Shown: one piece after another, positions 1-9,118 of the stretch | Layout: every line of letters begins with the position of its first letter | Numbering within the stretch: the stretch's first letter is position 1 | Assembly: GCA_037190565.1 (NCBI GenBank) | Contig: JBBCJV010000017.1 | Location: forward strand, 18,939 to 82,938 | DNA: 64,000 nucleotides | Direction: 5' to 3' | From: Burkholderiaceae bacterium | Lineage (GTDB): Bacteria; Pseudomonadota; Gammaproteobacteria; Burkholderiales; Burkholderiaceae_C | Notes under the pieces: generated by a model | The model's input: only the letters and a program-made list of their open reading frames with translations | Databases searched by the model: none | What the model was told of the DNA's origin: nothing | Program-made: the position numbers and the translations under genes

Positions 1-2
1 CG

Positions 3-320
3 CTGCAACGCAATGACGTGCAGGCGGTGGCTGCGTTGATGGATGATGAGCTGATCCACATCCATGCCACCGGCCTGACCGAGAACTTCGAACAGTTCGT
101 GGCGGGGCTGCGCGCTCAGCCCCGCAGTTCGGTACGCCACAGCCTGCGGGTACGCGTCTACGGAGACGATGTCGCCGTGCTGACCGGCGAGGTCGCCAAT
201 ACGTTGCTCAGGCCCGGCAGAAAAGAGCCGGAGACGGTTCGGGTCATGGTCACGCAGGTGGCCGCGCGCCGGCCCGCAGGGTGGAAGTTCGTTTCCTTCC
301 ACGCAAGCAGGATCGCATAG
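3..320 (+). CDS. NTF2/SnoaL-like (DUF4440-type) small protein, 5' end cut by the window edge
   Basis: The frame is open from the window edge (LQRNDVQAVAALMDDELIHIHATG...) to TAG at 318-320. Size and pattern are typical of SnoaL/DUF4440 cone-fold proteins. No HMM was run. Confidence 0.45.
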   Translation: MQRNDVQAVAALMDDELIHIHATGLTENFEQFVAGLRAQPRSSVRHSLRVRVYGDDVAVLTGEVANTLLRPGRKEPETVRVMVTQVAARRPAGWKFVSFHASRIA

Positions 321-389
321 CGGGCGCCGCGATGCGATCGCGCAACGCGAAGCGGCTCGCGACGTGGCCCGCGTGCCGGGCCGGCGGCG

Positions 390-1172
390 TCAGGCCGGCT
401 CCTTGCGGGGCGATTGCTCCGTGGCGCGCTCGCCACTGAAGTCGGGCACCGCCTTCAGGATGCTGTCGGCGGTGGCGCGCAGATGTTCCTCGAGCAATTC
501 GCACGCCTTGTCGGCATTGCGTTCCAACGCCAGCCGCATCAGTTGCTTGTGGCCGGCAAAACCGCGCCCGGCGCGGCTGATGCGCCGATAACGGATGGAC
601 AGGCAGTGATAGCGATGCAGCAGCTCCATCAGTTGCCAGCAAAAACGCAGCGTCCATTCCGATGGGCACGCCGACAGGAGCGCGAAGTGAAACGCCCGGT
701 GGCGCTGTGCCCACACCGGATCGAACTCCTGCGCATCGACGCGCTTGGGCTCGAGCAACGACAGCAAATGCCACTTCGCAACCACGTCGCTCTCCCATGC
801 ATCGCCGCCGGCATCGATCGATTGCCTGAGTGCCTTCCGCTCGAGATCGATCCTGAGCTCGGTCAGATCGAGCAGCTCGCGCGCGGAAACGGGAGCAACC
901 TGGAATCCCTTGTTCTTCTCGCTCGACACGATGCCTTCCGATTCAAGCGTGGACAGGATCTCGCGCAGGCTGCCGATGCTGGCCCGGTAGTGCAGCCGCA
1001 GATCCTCGAACTTGAGCCGTTCTCCAGGCATGAGTTCGCAATTCTGGATACGAGTGCGCAAATCACCGAGCATGGCTTCCACGCCGAGCGGTCCATCGGG
1101 ATTGGGCTGCGCCAAGGCCACGTCGCCATCGACGGGCAGGCTTTTCTTGCTTCTCATGGTTGCCATGATCAA
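390..1172 (-). CDS. GntR-family transcriptional regulator, FadR/FCD subfamily
   Basis: 260-aa ORF. N-terminal wHTH (LKFEDLRLHYRASIGSLREILSTLESEGIV) followed by an all-helical FCD-type C-terminal domain. Divergent from the Bug/molybdoenzyme operon. Confidence 0.85.
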   Translation of the reverse strand: MIMATMRSKKSLPVDGDVALAQPNPDGPLGVEAMLGDLRTRIQNCELMPGERLKFEDLRLHYRASIGSLREILSTLESEGIVSSEKNKGFQVAPVSARELLDLTELRIDLERKALRQSIDAGGDAWESDVVAKWHLLSLLEPKRVDAQEFDPVWAQRHRAFHFALLSACPSEWTLRFCWQLMELLHRYHCLSIRYRRISRAGRGFAGHKQLMRLALERNADKACELLEEHLRATADSILKAVPDFSGERATEQSPRKEPA

Positions 1173-1300
1173 ACGCTACGCACTGTAAGAACGGTTTGGG
1201 AGGAGTTTTCTGAACCGCGAAACGCACATGCTAGCGCAAGCGATGCGGGCTTTTCGATTCAATCTTATTCAAAATTAAAAATATTCGAAACTTAGATTTA

Positions 1301-1328
1301 GATTCGTATATATTAGCTTGAACGAATC
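1301..1328. promoter_or_regulatory. Perfect 7-bp inverted repeat GATTCGT-N14-ACGAATC in a strikingly AT-rich divergent promoter region (about 1240-1330); candidate GntR operator
   Basis: Read directly: gattcgt (1301-1307) and acgaatc (1322-1328). Further ATTCGA/ATTCAA motifs lie at about 1250-1300. The site sits between the divergent GntR gene and the Bug gene. Confidence 0.4.
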
Positions 1329-1353
1329 ATACTCATACCAGGAGATAGCTGAC

Positions 1354-2349
1354 ATGCCCCGATCGATCGGTTCACGCGTTGGCCACCTGCTCGGCATTTG
1401 CGTCGCCACCCTGCTTTGCGCGGCCACCTCCGCCGGACACGCCCAAACCTATCCGAACAAGCCGCTGCGCTGGATCGTGCCGTACCCGGCCGGCGGCGGC
1501 GCGGATTTCATCACGCGCACCGTGGCGCAGAAGATGTCGGCACAGCTCGGCCAGACGATCGTCATCGACAACCGTCCCGGCGCCGCCGGCATGATCGGCA
1601 TGGAAGCGGCCGCGCGCTCGGCCGGAGACGGCTACACGCTGGTCACCGGCGAGAACGGCAGCCTGACGATGAACCCCAACCTTTACAGGAAGATCGCATA
1701 CGACCCGGTCAATGATTTCAAACCGGTGAGCGTGTTCGCGCGCGTGCCGTTCATCCTGAGCGTGAATCCGTCGGTGATTCCGGTGGCGAGCTTCAGCGAG
1801 TTCGTGGCGCATGCCCGCTCCCATCCGGGACAGATCAGCTACGCATCATTCGGCACCGGCAGCATCGCGCACATGATGATGGAGCTGATGCGGAGCAAGA
1901 CCAGCCTCAACCTCACGCACGTGCCGTACAAAGGCGCCGCGCCGGCGGTGCAGGATCTGCTCGGCGGCCAGGTGGGGGCGATGTTCGTCGACTACATCAC
2001 GGTCAAGTCGCACGTCAGCAGCAACCGCATTCGCCCGCTGGCCGTCAGCAGCAAGGCACGGCACCCGGCGCTGCCCGACCTGCCGAGCGTGCAGGAGAGC
2101 GGCGTGCGCGATTACGACGTGTATTCGTGGATGGGGTTGATGGTGCCCGCATCGACTCCGCCGGCCATCGTCGAGCGGCTGAAAAAGGAAGTGCAGGAAG
2201 CGATGGCCTCGCCGCAGGTACTGGCCGCCTTCGAAGAGCGCGGCATCCTGCCGGCGGCCAGCAGCGAGCAGGAATTCGCCCGCATGATCAAGGAAGAAAC
2301 CGCGCAGTGGGCCGAGATCGTGCGCACGGCAAAGATCCAGCTGGATTGA
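1354..2349 (+). CDS. Bug-family (TctC-like) tripartite tricarboxylate transporter substrate-binding protein
   Basis: Signal peptide followed by the YPNKPLRWIVPYPAGGGADF motif typical of Bug proteins. I prefer the ATG at 1354, preceded by caggaga, over the TTG at 1318. Confidence 0.85.
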   Translation: MPRSIGSRVGHLLGICVATLLCAATSAGHAQTYPNKPLRWIVPYPAGGGADFITRTVAQKMSAQLGQTIVIDNRPGAAGMIGMEAAARSAGDGYTLVTGENGSLTMNPNLYRKIAYDPVNDFKPVSVFARVPFILSVNPSVIPVASFSEFVAHARSHPGQISYASFGTGSIAHMMMELMRSKTSLNLTHVPYKGAAPAVQDLLGGQVGAMFVDYITVKSHVSSNRIRPLAVSSKARHPALPDLPSVQESGVRDYDVYSWMGLMVPASTPPAIVERLKKEVQEAMASPQVLAAFEERGILPAASSEQEFARMIKEETAQWAEIVRTAKIQLD

Positions 2350-2359
2350 TCAGGTACCG

Positions 2360-5300
2360 ATGAAGCGACTCGTCGTCAAAACCGCACTCGCCGCGCTGCC
2401 CACCGTCATTCGCGGCGCCGCCAGACTCGACCGGGCCTTCGCCGCCCGCTTGCGCGGTCGCAGCGGCATCGTGCAGATCCGTCTGCGCGACCGTTCGCTG
2501 GGCCGCTACTACGTGTTCGACGGCGGGCGGGTGCGCGGCTTCGCGGGCCTCCACGACAAGCCCGACCTGGCGCTGGTGTTCCTCGACGTCGCCACCGCGC
2601 ATGCCTTTCTGGTGCCGCCGATCGACCGCGCTGAAGTGGTCCATAGCGCCAAGAGCTTCAAGGTGGTGGTCGAGGGCTCGGACCCGCTGGCCGTCTGGTT
2701 CATGGGGTTGATGAACAGTGTGTTCAACGTCGGATTGCGCATGGGCACGGCGCAGACCGACGGCACCACACGATTCACCACCAATACCAACGGCGGGCCG
2801 CTGTTCGTCTACGTCAAGGACGGCAGGATCATCCGCAGCACGCCGATCGATTTCGACGACACCGACGCGCCGAGCTGGGCCATCCATGCGCGCGGCAAGC
2901 GCTTCAGTCCGCGCCGCCAGGCCACCGTGAGCCCCTATGCGCTGGCCTTGAAGTCGCAGGTGTATTCGCCCACCCGCTGCCTGTATCCGATGATGCGCGT
3001 CGATTTCGACCCGGCCGGCGAGCGCAACACGCACACGCGCGGCACCTCGGGCTATCGGCGCATCAGCTGGGACGAAGCGATCGACATCGTCAACGCCGAG
3101 ATCACCCGGATGAAGACGCAGCACGGGCCCGGCGCGATCGCGGTGCAGCAGGGCTCGCACCACCAGTGGGGCAACGTCAACTACTACCTGAGCGCGTTCC
3201 AGCGCTTCGGCAACCTGATCGGCGTCACCCGCCTGCATCAGAATCCCGATAGCTGGGAAGGCTGGTACTGGGGCGCCCAGCATCACTACGGCAGCAGCCT
3301 GCGCGTCGGCATCCCGGGCTTCTACGGCACCGTCGAAGACTGCCTGCGCGACACCGAGCTGATCGTGTTCTGGTCCAGCGATCCGGAAACCACGTCGGGC
3401 GTCTACGGTGCCTTCGAAGGCACGCAGCGCCGCTTCTGGGCGAAGGAGCTGGGCATCGAGTTCGTGCACATCGACCCGCACCTGAACGCCACCGCGCAAC
3501 TCTACGGCGGCAAGTGGATTCCGATCAAGCCTTCGACCGATCCGGCGCTGGCCGCCGCGATCATGTACGTATGGATCAAGGAAGATCTGTACGACAAGCA
3601 ATACGTCGCGACGCGCACCACCGGCTTCGACGAGTGGGCCGGCTACCTGCTCGGCAACGACGACGGCATCGAGAAGACCCCTGAATGGCAGGAGCCCGAA
3701 ACCGGCGTGCCGGCCGCCGTGGTGCGCGCGCTGGCGCGCCAATGGGGGCGCAAGAAAACCTATCTGTCGGCGGGCGGCAAGGGCGGCGGCTTCGGCGGCG
3801 CCTGCCGCAGCGCCACCGGCTCGCAGTGGGCACGCAGCATGGTGCTGTTGATGGCCATGCAGGGCTGGGGCAGGCCGGGCGTGAACTTCGGCAACCTGCA
3901 GTCGGGCACGCCGGTGGACTATCACCTGTATTTCCCCGGCTATGCCGACGGCGGCATCTCGGGCGATCTGCAAGGCACCGCCGCAGCGATCAACAACTAC
4001 CTGCGCATGCCGCACGTGCTCACGATGAATCCGGTCAAGCAGATGATTCCGCGGCAACGGCTGCCCGAGGCGATCGTCGAGGGTCAGGCCAGCGGCTATC
4101 TGTGGGACGGCTCATCGATGGAAGCGCAGTTCGCGCAGTTCCGCTATCCGGTGCCCGGCTATTCGCGCGTTCACATGTTGTGGCGCTACGGCGGTTCTTC
4201 GTTCGGCACGATCGCCGAATCGCGACGCTTCATGGAGGCCTTGCGCCATCCGTCGCTCGAGTTCGTCGTGAGCCAGGCGGTCTACTTCGAAGGCGACACC
4301 AAGTTCGCTGACGTCATCTTGCCGGCCTGCACGGCGGTGGAGCGATACGACATCGGCGAAACCGCCAATGCCAGCGGCTATTCGCACCACGGCGGCCCGT
4401 CGCAACTGAACCACCGCACCTTCGTGATGCAGCACAAGTGCATCGAGCCGCTGGGTGAATCGAAATCCGACTACCAGATCTTCCTCGACATCCTCGAGCG
4501 TCGCGGTCTGGGCGCCATGTACTCCGAAGGCAATTCGGAACTCGACTGGTGCAAGCTGATCTTCGAGTCGTCGGATCTGCCGAAGCAGATCTCGTGGCGG
4601 CAGTTTCTGAAGAAGGGCTACCACGTGGCGAAGGCGCCGCCCGAAGAACTGCGTGAACCGACCTACATGCGCTGGTACGCCGAAGGGCGCGCCAAGGACG
4701 TCCCCGAGCCGCACCCGCTGCCGGCCCAGTACGGCGAGAAGTTCGGGCATGGCCTGCAGACGCAATCGGGCAAGATCGAGTTCGTGCCGAGTTCGCTCAA
4801 GCGCGGCTCCAGCGAGAACCCCGAGCGGCCGCCGGTCAATCGCTACATTCCATCATGGGAAGGGCCCCGTACCCATGAGCTGCTCGACAGATACCCGCTG
4901 CAGCTGCTGACCACGCATTCGCGCTACAGCTTCCATACGTTCACCGACGGCAAGGGAACGATCGTCAACGACATCGAAGACCATCGCGTGCTGGTCGACG
5001 GTTACTACTATTGGGTGATCAGATTGAACCCCGACGATGCCCGGCGGCGAGGCATCGCGCAGCACGACCTGGTGCGCGTCTTCAACGACCGCGGCGCAGT
5101 GATCTGCGCGGCCGACGTATCGGCGCTGATGGCGCCGGGTGTCGTCAAGGCCTACGAGTCGGCCGCGGATTTCGATCTGGTCGACGATCCTCGCTGCCTG
5201 ACCGACCGCGGCGGCTGTCTGAACCTGCTGACGCCGCGCCGCCAGCAGGTCAGCGGCACCGAGGGAATGGGCTCCAATTCGTGCCTGGTGCAACTGGAGA

Positions 5301-5374
5301 AGTGGCAAGGCCCCGTCGTTCGTTCAAAAGATGAATCCGCCGGCATGCCTGCCGTGGCCGAGGCGCTGCGATGA
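2360..5374 (+). CDS. Molybdopterin oxidoreductase large subunit, pyrogallol-phloroglucinol transhydroxylase / resorcinol hydroxylase-like, with an extra N-terminal ~125-aa domain
   Basis: 1004 aa. The core (GGPLFVYVKDGRIIRSTPIDFDD..., NPDSWEGWYWG, FWSSDPETTSG, YPLQLLTTHSRYSFHT) matches my recollection of the AthL-type DMSO-reductase-family alpha subunit. There is no N-terminal Cys cluster and no twin-arginine motif. Aa 1-125 form an additional domain. Confidence 0.8.
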   Translation: MKRLVVKTALAALPTVIRGAARLDRAFAARLRGRSGIVQIRLRDRSLGRYYVFDGGRVRGFAGLHDKPDLALVFLDVATAHAFLVPPIDRAEVVHSAKSFKVVVEGSDPLAVWFMGLMNSVFNVGLRMGTAQTDGTTRFTTNTNGGPLFVYVKDGRIIRSTPIDFDDTDAPSWAIHARGKRFSPRRQATVSPYALALKSQVYSPTRCLYPMMRVDFDPAGERNTHTRGTSGYRRISWDEAIDIVNAEITRMKTQHGPGAIAVQQGSHHQWGNVNYYLSAFQRFGNLIGVTRLHQNPDSWEGWYWGAQHHYGSSLRVGIPGFYGTVEDCLRDTELIVFWSSDPETTSGVYGAFEGTQRRFWAKELGIEFVHIDPHLNATAQLYGGKWIPIKPSTDPALAAAIMYVWIKEDLYDKQYVATRTTGFDEWAGYLLGNDDGIEKTPEWQEPETGVPAAVVRALARQWGRKKTYLSAGGKGGGFGGACRSATGSQWARSMVLLMAMQGWGRPGVNFGNLQSGTPVDYHLYFPGYADGGISGDLQGTAAAINNYLRMPHVLTMNPVKQMIPRQRLPEAIVEGQASGYLWDGSSMEAQFAQFRYPVPGYSRVHMLWRYGGSSFGTIAESRRFMEALRHPSLEFVVSQAVYFEGDTKFADVILPACTAVERYDIGETANASGYSHHGGPSQLNHRTFVMQHKCIEPLGESKSDYQIFLDILERRGLGAMYSEGNSELDWCKLIFESSDLPKQISWRQFLKKGYHVAKAPPEELREPTYMRWYAEGRAKDVPEPHPLPAQYGEKFGHGLQTQSGKIEFVPSSLKRGSSENPERPPVNRYIPSWEGPRTHELLDRYPLQLLTTHSRYSFHTFTDGKGTIVNDIEDHRVLVDGYYYWVIRLNPDDARRRGIAQHDLVRVFNDRGAVICAADVSALMAPGVVKAYESAADFDLVDDPRCLTDRGGCLNLLTPRRQQVSGTEGMGSNSCLVQLEKWQGPVVRSKDESAGMPAVAEALR

Positions 5375-6282
5375 ACGAGAAGTGGAACCTGATCATCGAC
5401 GTGGCGGCCTGCGAGAACTGCCACAACTGCACGCTGTCGGTGAAGGACGAGCACTGCGGCAACGACTTTGCCGGTTACGCCGCGCCGCAGCCCGAGCATG
5501 GCCACGAATGGATCAAGATCCATCGCCGGGTGCGCGGCAGCGCGCCCATCGTCGACGTGGCCTATCTGCCGACCACCTGCAATCACTGCGATGCGGCCCC
5601 CTGCATCGAACGGGCAGGTGATAGCGGCGCGGTGTTCAAGCGGCCCGACGGCATCGTCATCATCGACCCCGAAAAAGCCAAGGGGCGACGCGATCTGGTC
5701 GACGCGTGCCCGTATGGCGCGATCTGGTGGAACGAATCGCTTGCGCTACCGCAGAAGTGGATCTTCGATGCGCATCTGCTCGACATCGGTTGGAAGCAAC
5801 CACGCTGCGCGCAGGCCTGCCCGACCGGCGCCATTTCGTCCCTGAAGACGAGCGACGACGACATGCGCGCACGCGCCGCGACCGAGGGGCTTCGCGTATT
5901 GCGGCCCGAGCTGGAGACGCAACCGCGCGTGTACTACCGGAACCTGCATCGCTACACCGACTGGTTCATCGCCGGCAGCGTGTTCGGCCACCTCGCCGGC
6001 CAGATCGAATGCATCGAGGGCGCGCAGATCGCGCTCAGGCATGCCGACGGAACGCGGCGCACGACGCGGACCGATGCGTTCGGCGAATTCAAGCTCGATT
6101 GCCTCCCGGCGCAGCCGGGCGAGTACCACCTGAGCGTGGATCACCCGGGATTCGCAACGGCTCGCTTCGATTTGGCGGTGAACGACAGCATCAACGTCGG
6201 CGCGATCGATCTCGATCGACAACCGCCGCCGCGCCCGACCACGCCCATCTCGGGGCTCAGCCCTCCGACGGAACAGCCATGA
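5371..6282 (+). CDS. 4Fe-4S ferredoxin-type beta subunit of the molybdoenzyme, with a C-terminal Ig/carboxypeptidase-regulatory-like beta domain
   Basis: Cys clusters CENCHNC, CNHCDAAPC, CPYGAI and CAQACPTGAI. The C-terminal part (GSVFG...IALRHADGTRRTTRTDAFGEFKLDCLPAQPGEYHLSV) looks like the beta-barrel domain of BthL-type subunits. The ATGA-type overlap with the alpha subunit gene suggests translational coupling. Confidence 0.85.
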   Translation: MNEKWNLIIDVAACENCHNCTLSVKDEHCGNDFAGYAAPQPEHGHEWIKIHRRVRGSAPIVDVAYLPTTCNHCDAAPCIERAGDSGAVFKRPDGIVIIDPEKAKGRRDLVDACPYGAIWWNESLALPQKWIFDAHLLDIGWKQPRCAQACPTGAISSLKTSDDDMRARAATEGLRVLRPELETQPRVYYRNLHRYTDWFIAGSVFGHLAGQIECIEGAQIALRHADGTRRTTRTDAFGEFKLDCLPAQPGEYHLSVDHPGFATARFDLAVNDSINVGAIDLDRQPPPRPTTPISGLSPPTEQP

Positions 6283-7307
6283 GAGCGCTCATCAGACTTC
6301 AAGCCCCTCGTCATGCAGACGCGGCCGGCGGCCTGCATCGCATCAGCCGCCATGGATTGGCGCTGATCATCGCTGCCTTCCCGCTGGCTGCCGCCGCGCA
6401 GGATTGGCGCCCCGAACGGCCGATCCGGCTGATCGTACCCACCGCCGCTGCGGGCGGGGGCGATGCGATCGCGCGGCTGACTGGCCAGGCGCTGGCACAG
6501 CGCCTGGGCCAGCCCGTGGTCGTGGAGAACCACCCCGGCGCCAACGGCAACATCGCGGCCAGCGTCGTGACGCGCGCCCCCGCCGATGGCCACACGCTGA
6601 TGCTGGTGGCGACCGCGCACCTGGCCATCACGCCGGCCATCTACTCGAAGCTCACGTTCGATCCGATCAACGATTTCCAGCCGATCGGCACGATCTGCGA
6701 CATGAGCCTGGTGATGGTGGCCAGCCAGCGCGTGGCGGCCAACGACGTGCCCGAGCTGGTGGCGCAGGTCAGGGCCAAGCCGAGCTCGATCTTCTTTGCG
6801 TCCAGCGGCAACGGCTCGTTCTCGCACCTGCTATCGGAAACCTTGAACAGCCGCATCGGCGGCGGCCTGACCCACGTGCCGTACAAAGGCGAAGCGCTGG
6901 CCCTGCAGGATCTGCTCGGCAACCAGACGGCGGCGATCTATTTCGGCACACCGGCTCCGATCATTCCTCTGGTGCAATCCGGCAGGCTCAAGGCGCTCGC
7001 CGTCAGCAGCGCGAAGCGCCTGGAGCAGCTGCCCGGCGTGCCGACGCTGGGCGAACAAGGCTTGTCCGGCTTCAATGAGAGCTTCTGGTACGGGATCATT
7101 GCGCGCGCCGGCACGCCTGCGCACATCACTGCCACGCTATCGAAGCAGATAGCGGCCATATCGACGTCACAGGAAATCGGGAAGGTCACCGGCAAGATGG
7201 GCTGCGCTCCCTTGACTCTGGATTCGGGCCAATTCGCCGCGCGGATCAAGGATGACTTGACCCGGTTTGCCGGCATCGCATCGGCGATCGGCCTAAAACT
7301 GGATTGA
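6279..7307 (+). CDS. Bug-family (TctC-like) substrate-binding protein
   Basis: The ATG at 6279 overlaps the stop of the beta subunit gene (ATGA). Signal peptide followed by RPIRLIVPTAAAGGGDAIAR. The upstream part of the 5706..7307 ORF is out-of-frame overlap with the beta subunit and is not coding. Confidence 0.85.
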   Translation: MRALIRLQAPRHADAAGGLHRISRHGLALIIAAFPLAAAAQDWRPERPIRLIVPTAAAGGGDAIARLTGQALAQRLGQPVVVENHPGANGNIAASVVTRAPADGHTLMLVATAHLAITPAIYSKLTFDPINDFQPIGTICDMSLVMVASQRVAANDVPELVAQVRAKPSSIFFASSGNGSFSHLLSETLNSRIGGGLTHVPYKGEALALQDLLGNQTAAIYFGTPAPIIPLVQSGRLKALAVSSAKRLEQLPGVPTLGEQGLSGFNESFWYGIIARAGTPAHITATLSKQIAAISTSQEIGKVTGKMGCAPLTLDSGQFAARIKDDLTRFAGIASAIGLKLD

Positions 7308-7346
7308 AGTCGAGACGGCCGCCATCGAATCGCCGTCATCGCTGCG

Positions 7347-7756
7347 TCAGGCACCGCCCCATCTCGCTCGACAGATTATTGAACTCCACTGTCCCGAGGA
7401 GCACCTCGGTTTCATGGATCGCGAATGGTCACCGTATGTTTCGACATAGATCAGGTTCATACGGGTGAAACCGGGGTTCTCGTAGGCCGCAGGCACGCTT
7501 CGGCGTAGATGAGGGGGGCGCCGCCGTCGCTGCTGGGTTCGAGCCGCTCGATGCCGATCCGCGCGTCGTTGACCAGGTGAGGCACCGGACTGTATTCGAG
7601 GTACAGCAACCAATGCTGGATGATGGTGCCAGGCACCGAGACTTCGATGGTGCCAGGGCGTATGGATCTCGCCGTATTGAAGCCGAGATCGAACCCGTGT
7701 GCCACAATCCCCGGCAACCCGACTACCCGCCGCTGCGCCGCCAGGCTGGCGGCCAC
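7347..7756 (-). pseudogene. Possible frameshifted remnant of an unidentified gene
   Basis: Two minus-strand frames carry protein-like, non-repetitive sequence. These are ...GIVAHGFDLGFNTARSIRPGTIEVSVPGTIIQHWLLYLEYSPVPHLVNDARIGIERLEPSSDGGAPLIYAEA and ...AAYENPGFTRMNLIYVETYGDHS. They join only with a frameshift near 7470-7490. There is no intact ORF and I do not recognise the family. Confidence 0.25.
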
Positions 7757-7758
7757 CG

Positions 7759-9045
7759 ATGATGTTCTGGGTTTCGATCGTCGTCGCCACCTTGTTGGTC
7801 ACCGCCGCCATCGCCTGGCCGCTGGTGACCCGCCGCGCGCCCGCTCAGATCGATGAAAGCGACGACGTGCGCCGCCGCCTCGCCGTCTTTCGCGACCGCA
7901 AGCGCGAGATCGAACGAGAGCGTGCGGCCGGGCGCCTGAACGATGCCGAGGCTGCGCAGGCACACGCCGATCTGCTGCGGCAGGTTGCCGAAGATCTGCC
8001 CGATGCGGCACGCGCCGCGCCGGTCGGCGGCGCAGCCACAGCGTCGCGAACCGTGCCGCGCTCGATCGCGGCACTGCTGGTGATGCTGGTTCCGCTGCTG
8101 GCCGGCGGCGTCTACCAGCGCGTGGGCGAACCGCGACTGGCCAGCATCGATCTGCGCGGCGAACGGCCCCTGCTGGCGGGCGACGTCGCGGCGCTGATCG
8201 CCGGCTTCGAAAAACGCACCCGCGACAATCCCGAAGACGGCGAGGCGTGGGCGCTGCTGGCCGAGACGCGCAAGATCCAGGGCCGGCACGCCGAGGCAGT
8301 CGACGCGTTCGCCCAGGCGATGCGCCGGCTCGCCCCCGACGCGCGGCTGCTGGCCGACTACGCCGAATCCGCCGCGCTGCTGGCCGGTGGCGATTTCTCG
8401 GGCCGCCCGCTGGCCCTGCTCGAACAGGCGCTCACGGTCGATCCCGGCGAACTCAAGGCGATCGGGCTGATGGGTGCCGCGCAGTATCGGCTCGGCAACC
8501 TGGACCGCGCGCGCGATTACTTGAAACGATTGCAGCGCAGCCTGCCTGTCAACAGCGAAGACGCCACGCAGATCACGCAGGTGCTCCAGCGCATTGATGC
8601 CCAGATCGCGCACGGCGGCGCGCTGCCGCCGGCCGCTGTGAACGATGCTCCGAAGGCCGATCGATCCGCGGGCCCTGCCCCGACAGCCGGCCAGGGCGGC
8701 GGTGACGTGACCGGCACCGTGTCGGTCGATGCTGCGCTGGCCGCCCGTGCCGGCCAGGGCGGCACGCTATTCGTGATCGCGCGCCAGGCCGGCGGCCCGC
8801 CGATTCCGGTGGCCGTGCTGCGCGAACCGGGCGCACAGTTGCCCATGCCGTTCTCGATCGGCCAGGCTCAGGCGATGGATCCGTCGCGGCCCCTGGCCAT
8901 GGCCGGCACGTTCACGCTGGAAGCGCGGCTGAGCCGCAGCGGCAATGCGATGCGTCAGCCGGGCGATCTCTACGGCCAGGTCGACGGCGTCGCAGCGGGC
9001 CAACGCAACGTGCTGATCACGATCGATCGCGTGGTGGCGCCTTGA
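7759..9045 (+). CDS. ccmI: Cytochrome c-type biogenesis protein CcmI (CycH), TPR-containing apocytochrome chaperone
   Basis: Starts at MMFWVSIVVATLL (TM1), with a second TM at about aa 95-115. TPR-like repeats follow (EDGEAWALLAETRKIQGRHAEAVDAFAQA..., AIGLMGAAQYRLGNLDRARDYL). The position next to ccmF/ccmH supports the call. Confidence 0.8.
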   Translation: MMFWVSIVVATLLVTAAIAWPLVTRRAPAQIDESDDVRRRLAVFRDRKREIERERAAGRLNDAEAAQAHADLLRQVAEDLPDAARAAPVGGAATASRTVPRSIAALLVMLVPLLAGGVYQRVGEPRLASIDLRGERPLLAGDVAALIAGFEKRTRDNPEDGEAWALLAETRKIQGRHAEAVDAFAQAMRRLAPDARLLADYAESAALLAGGDFSGRPLALLEQALTVDPGELKAIGLMGAAQYRLGNLDRARDYLKRLQRSLPVNSEDATQITQVLQRIDAQIAHGGALPPAAVNDAPKADRSAGPAPTAGQGGGDVTGTVSVDAALAARAGQGGTLFVIARQAGGPPIPVAVLREPGAQLPMPFSIGQAQAMDPSRPLAMAGTFTLEARLSRSGNAMRQPGDLYGQVDGVAAGQRNVLITIDRVVAP

Positions 9046-9118
9046 ACACCGCACGCCGCACCTGTAAGGGCAGGACCGCGCCGGGCGCACCGTTTAACGA
9101 CGCACGAACGAGGCGAAC

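Noticed and set aside
2288-4057. 589-aa minus-strand ORF antisense to the molybdoenzyme gene. Similar long antisense or offset ORFs occur at 26436-28145, 28970-31282, 31621-34170, 34388-36592, 36447-38435, 46073-47797, 50147-51751, 53598-55082, 55616-57742, 59116-60834, 60233-62854 and 62079-63887.
   Set aside because: These are typical high-GC shadow ORFs. Their translations are dominated by R/A/G/P/H/Q low-complexity strings with no recognisable motifs, and each lies opposite or offset to a gene with clear family signatures.
5706-6278. N-terminal 191 codons of the 533-aa ORF 5706..7307.
   Set aside because: This is an Arg/Ala-rich out-of-frame overlap with the Fe-S subunit gene. The Bug protein clearly begins at the ATG at 6279 (signal peptide, ATGA coupling).
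7520-7545. GGTTCGAGCC-like string resembling a tRNA T-arm.
   Set aside because: No complementary acceptor, D or anticodon stems can be drawn around it, and it lies inside the coding remnant.
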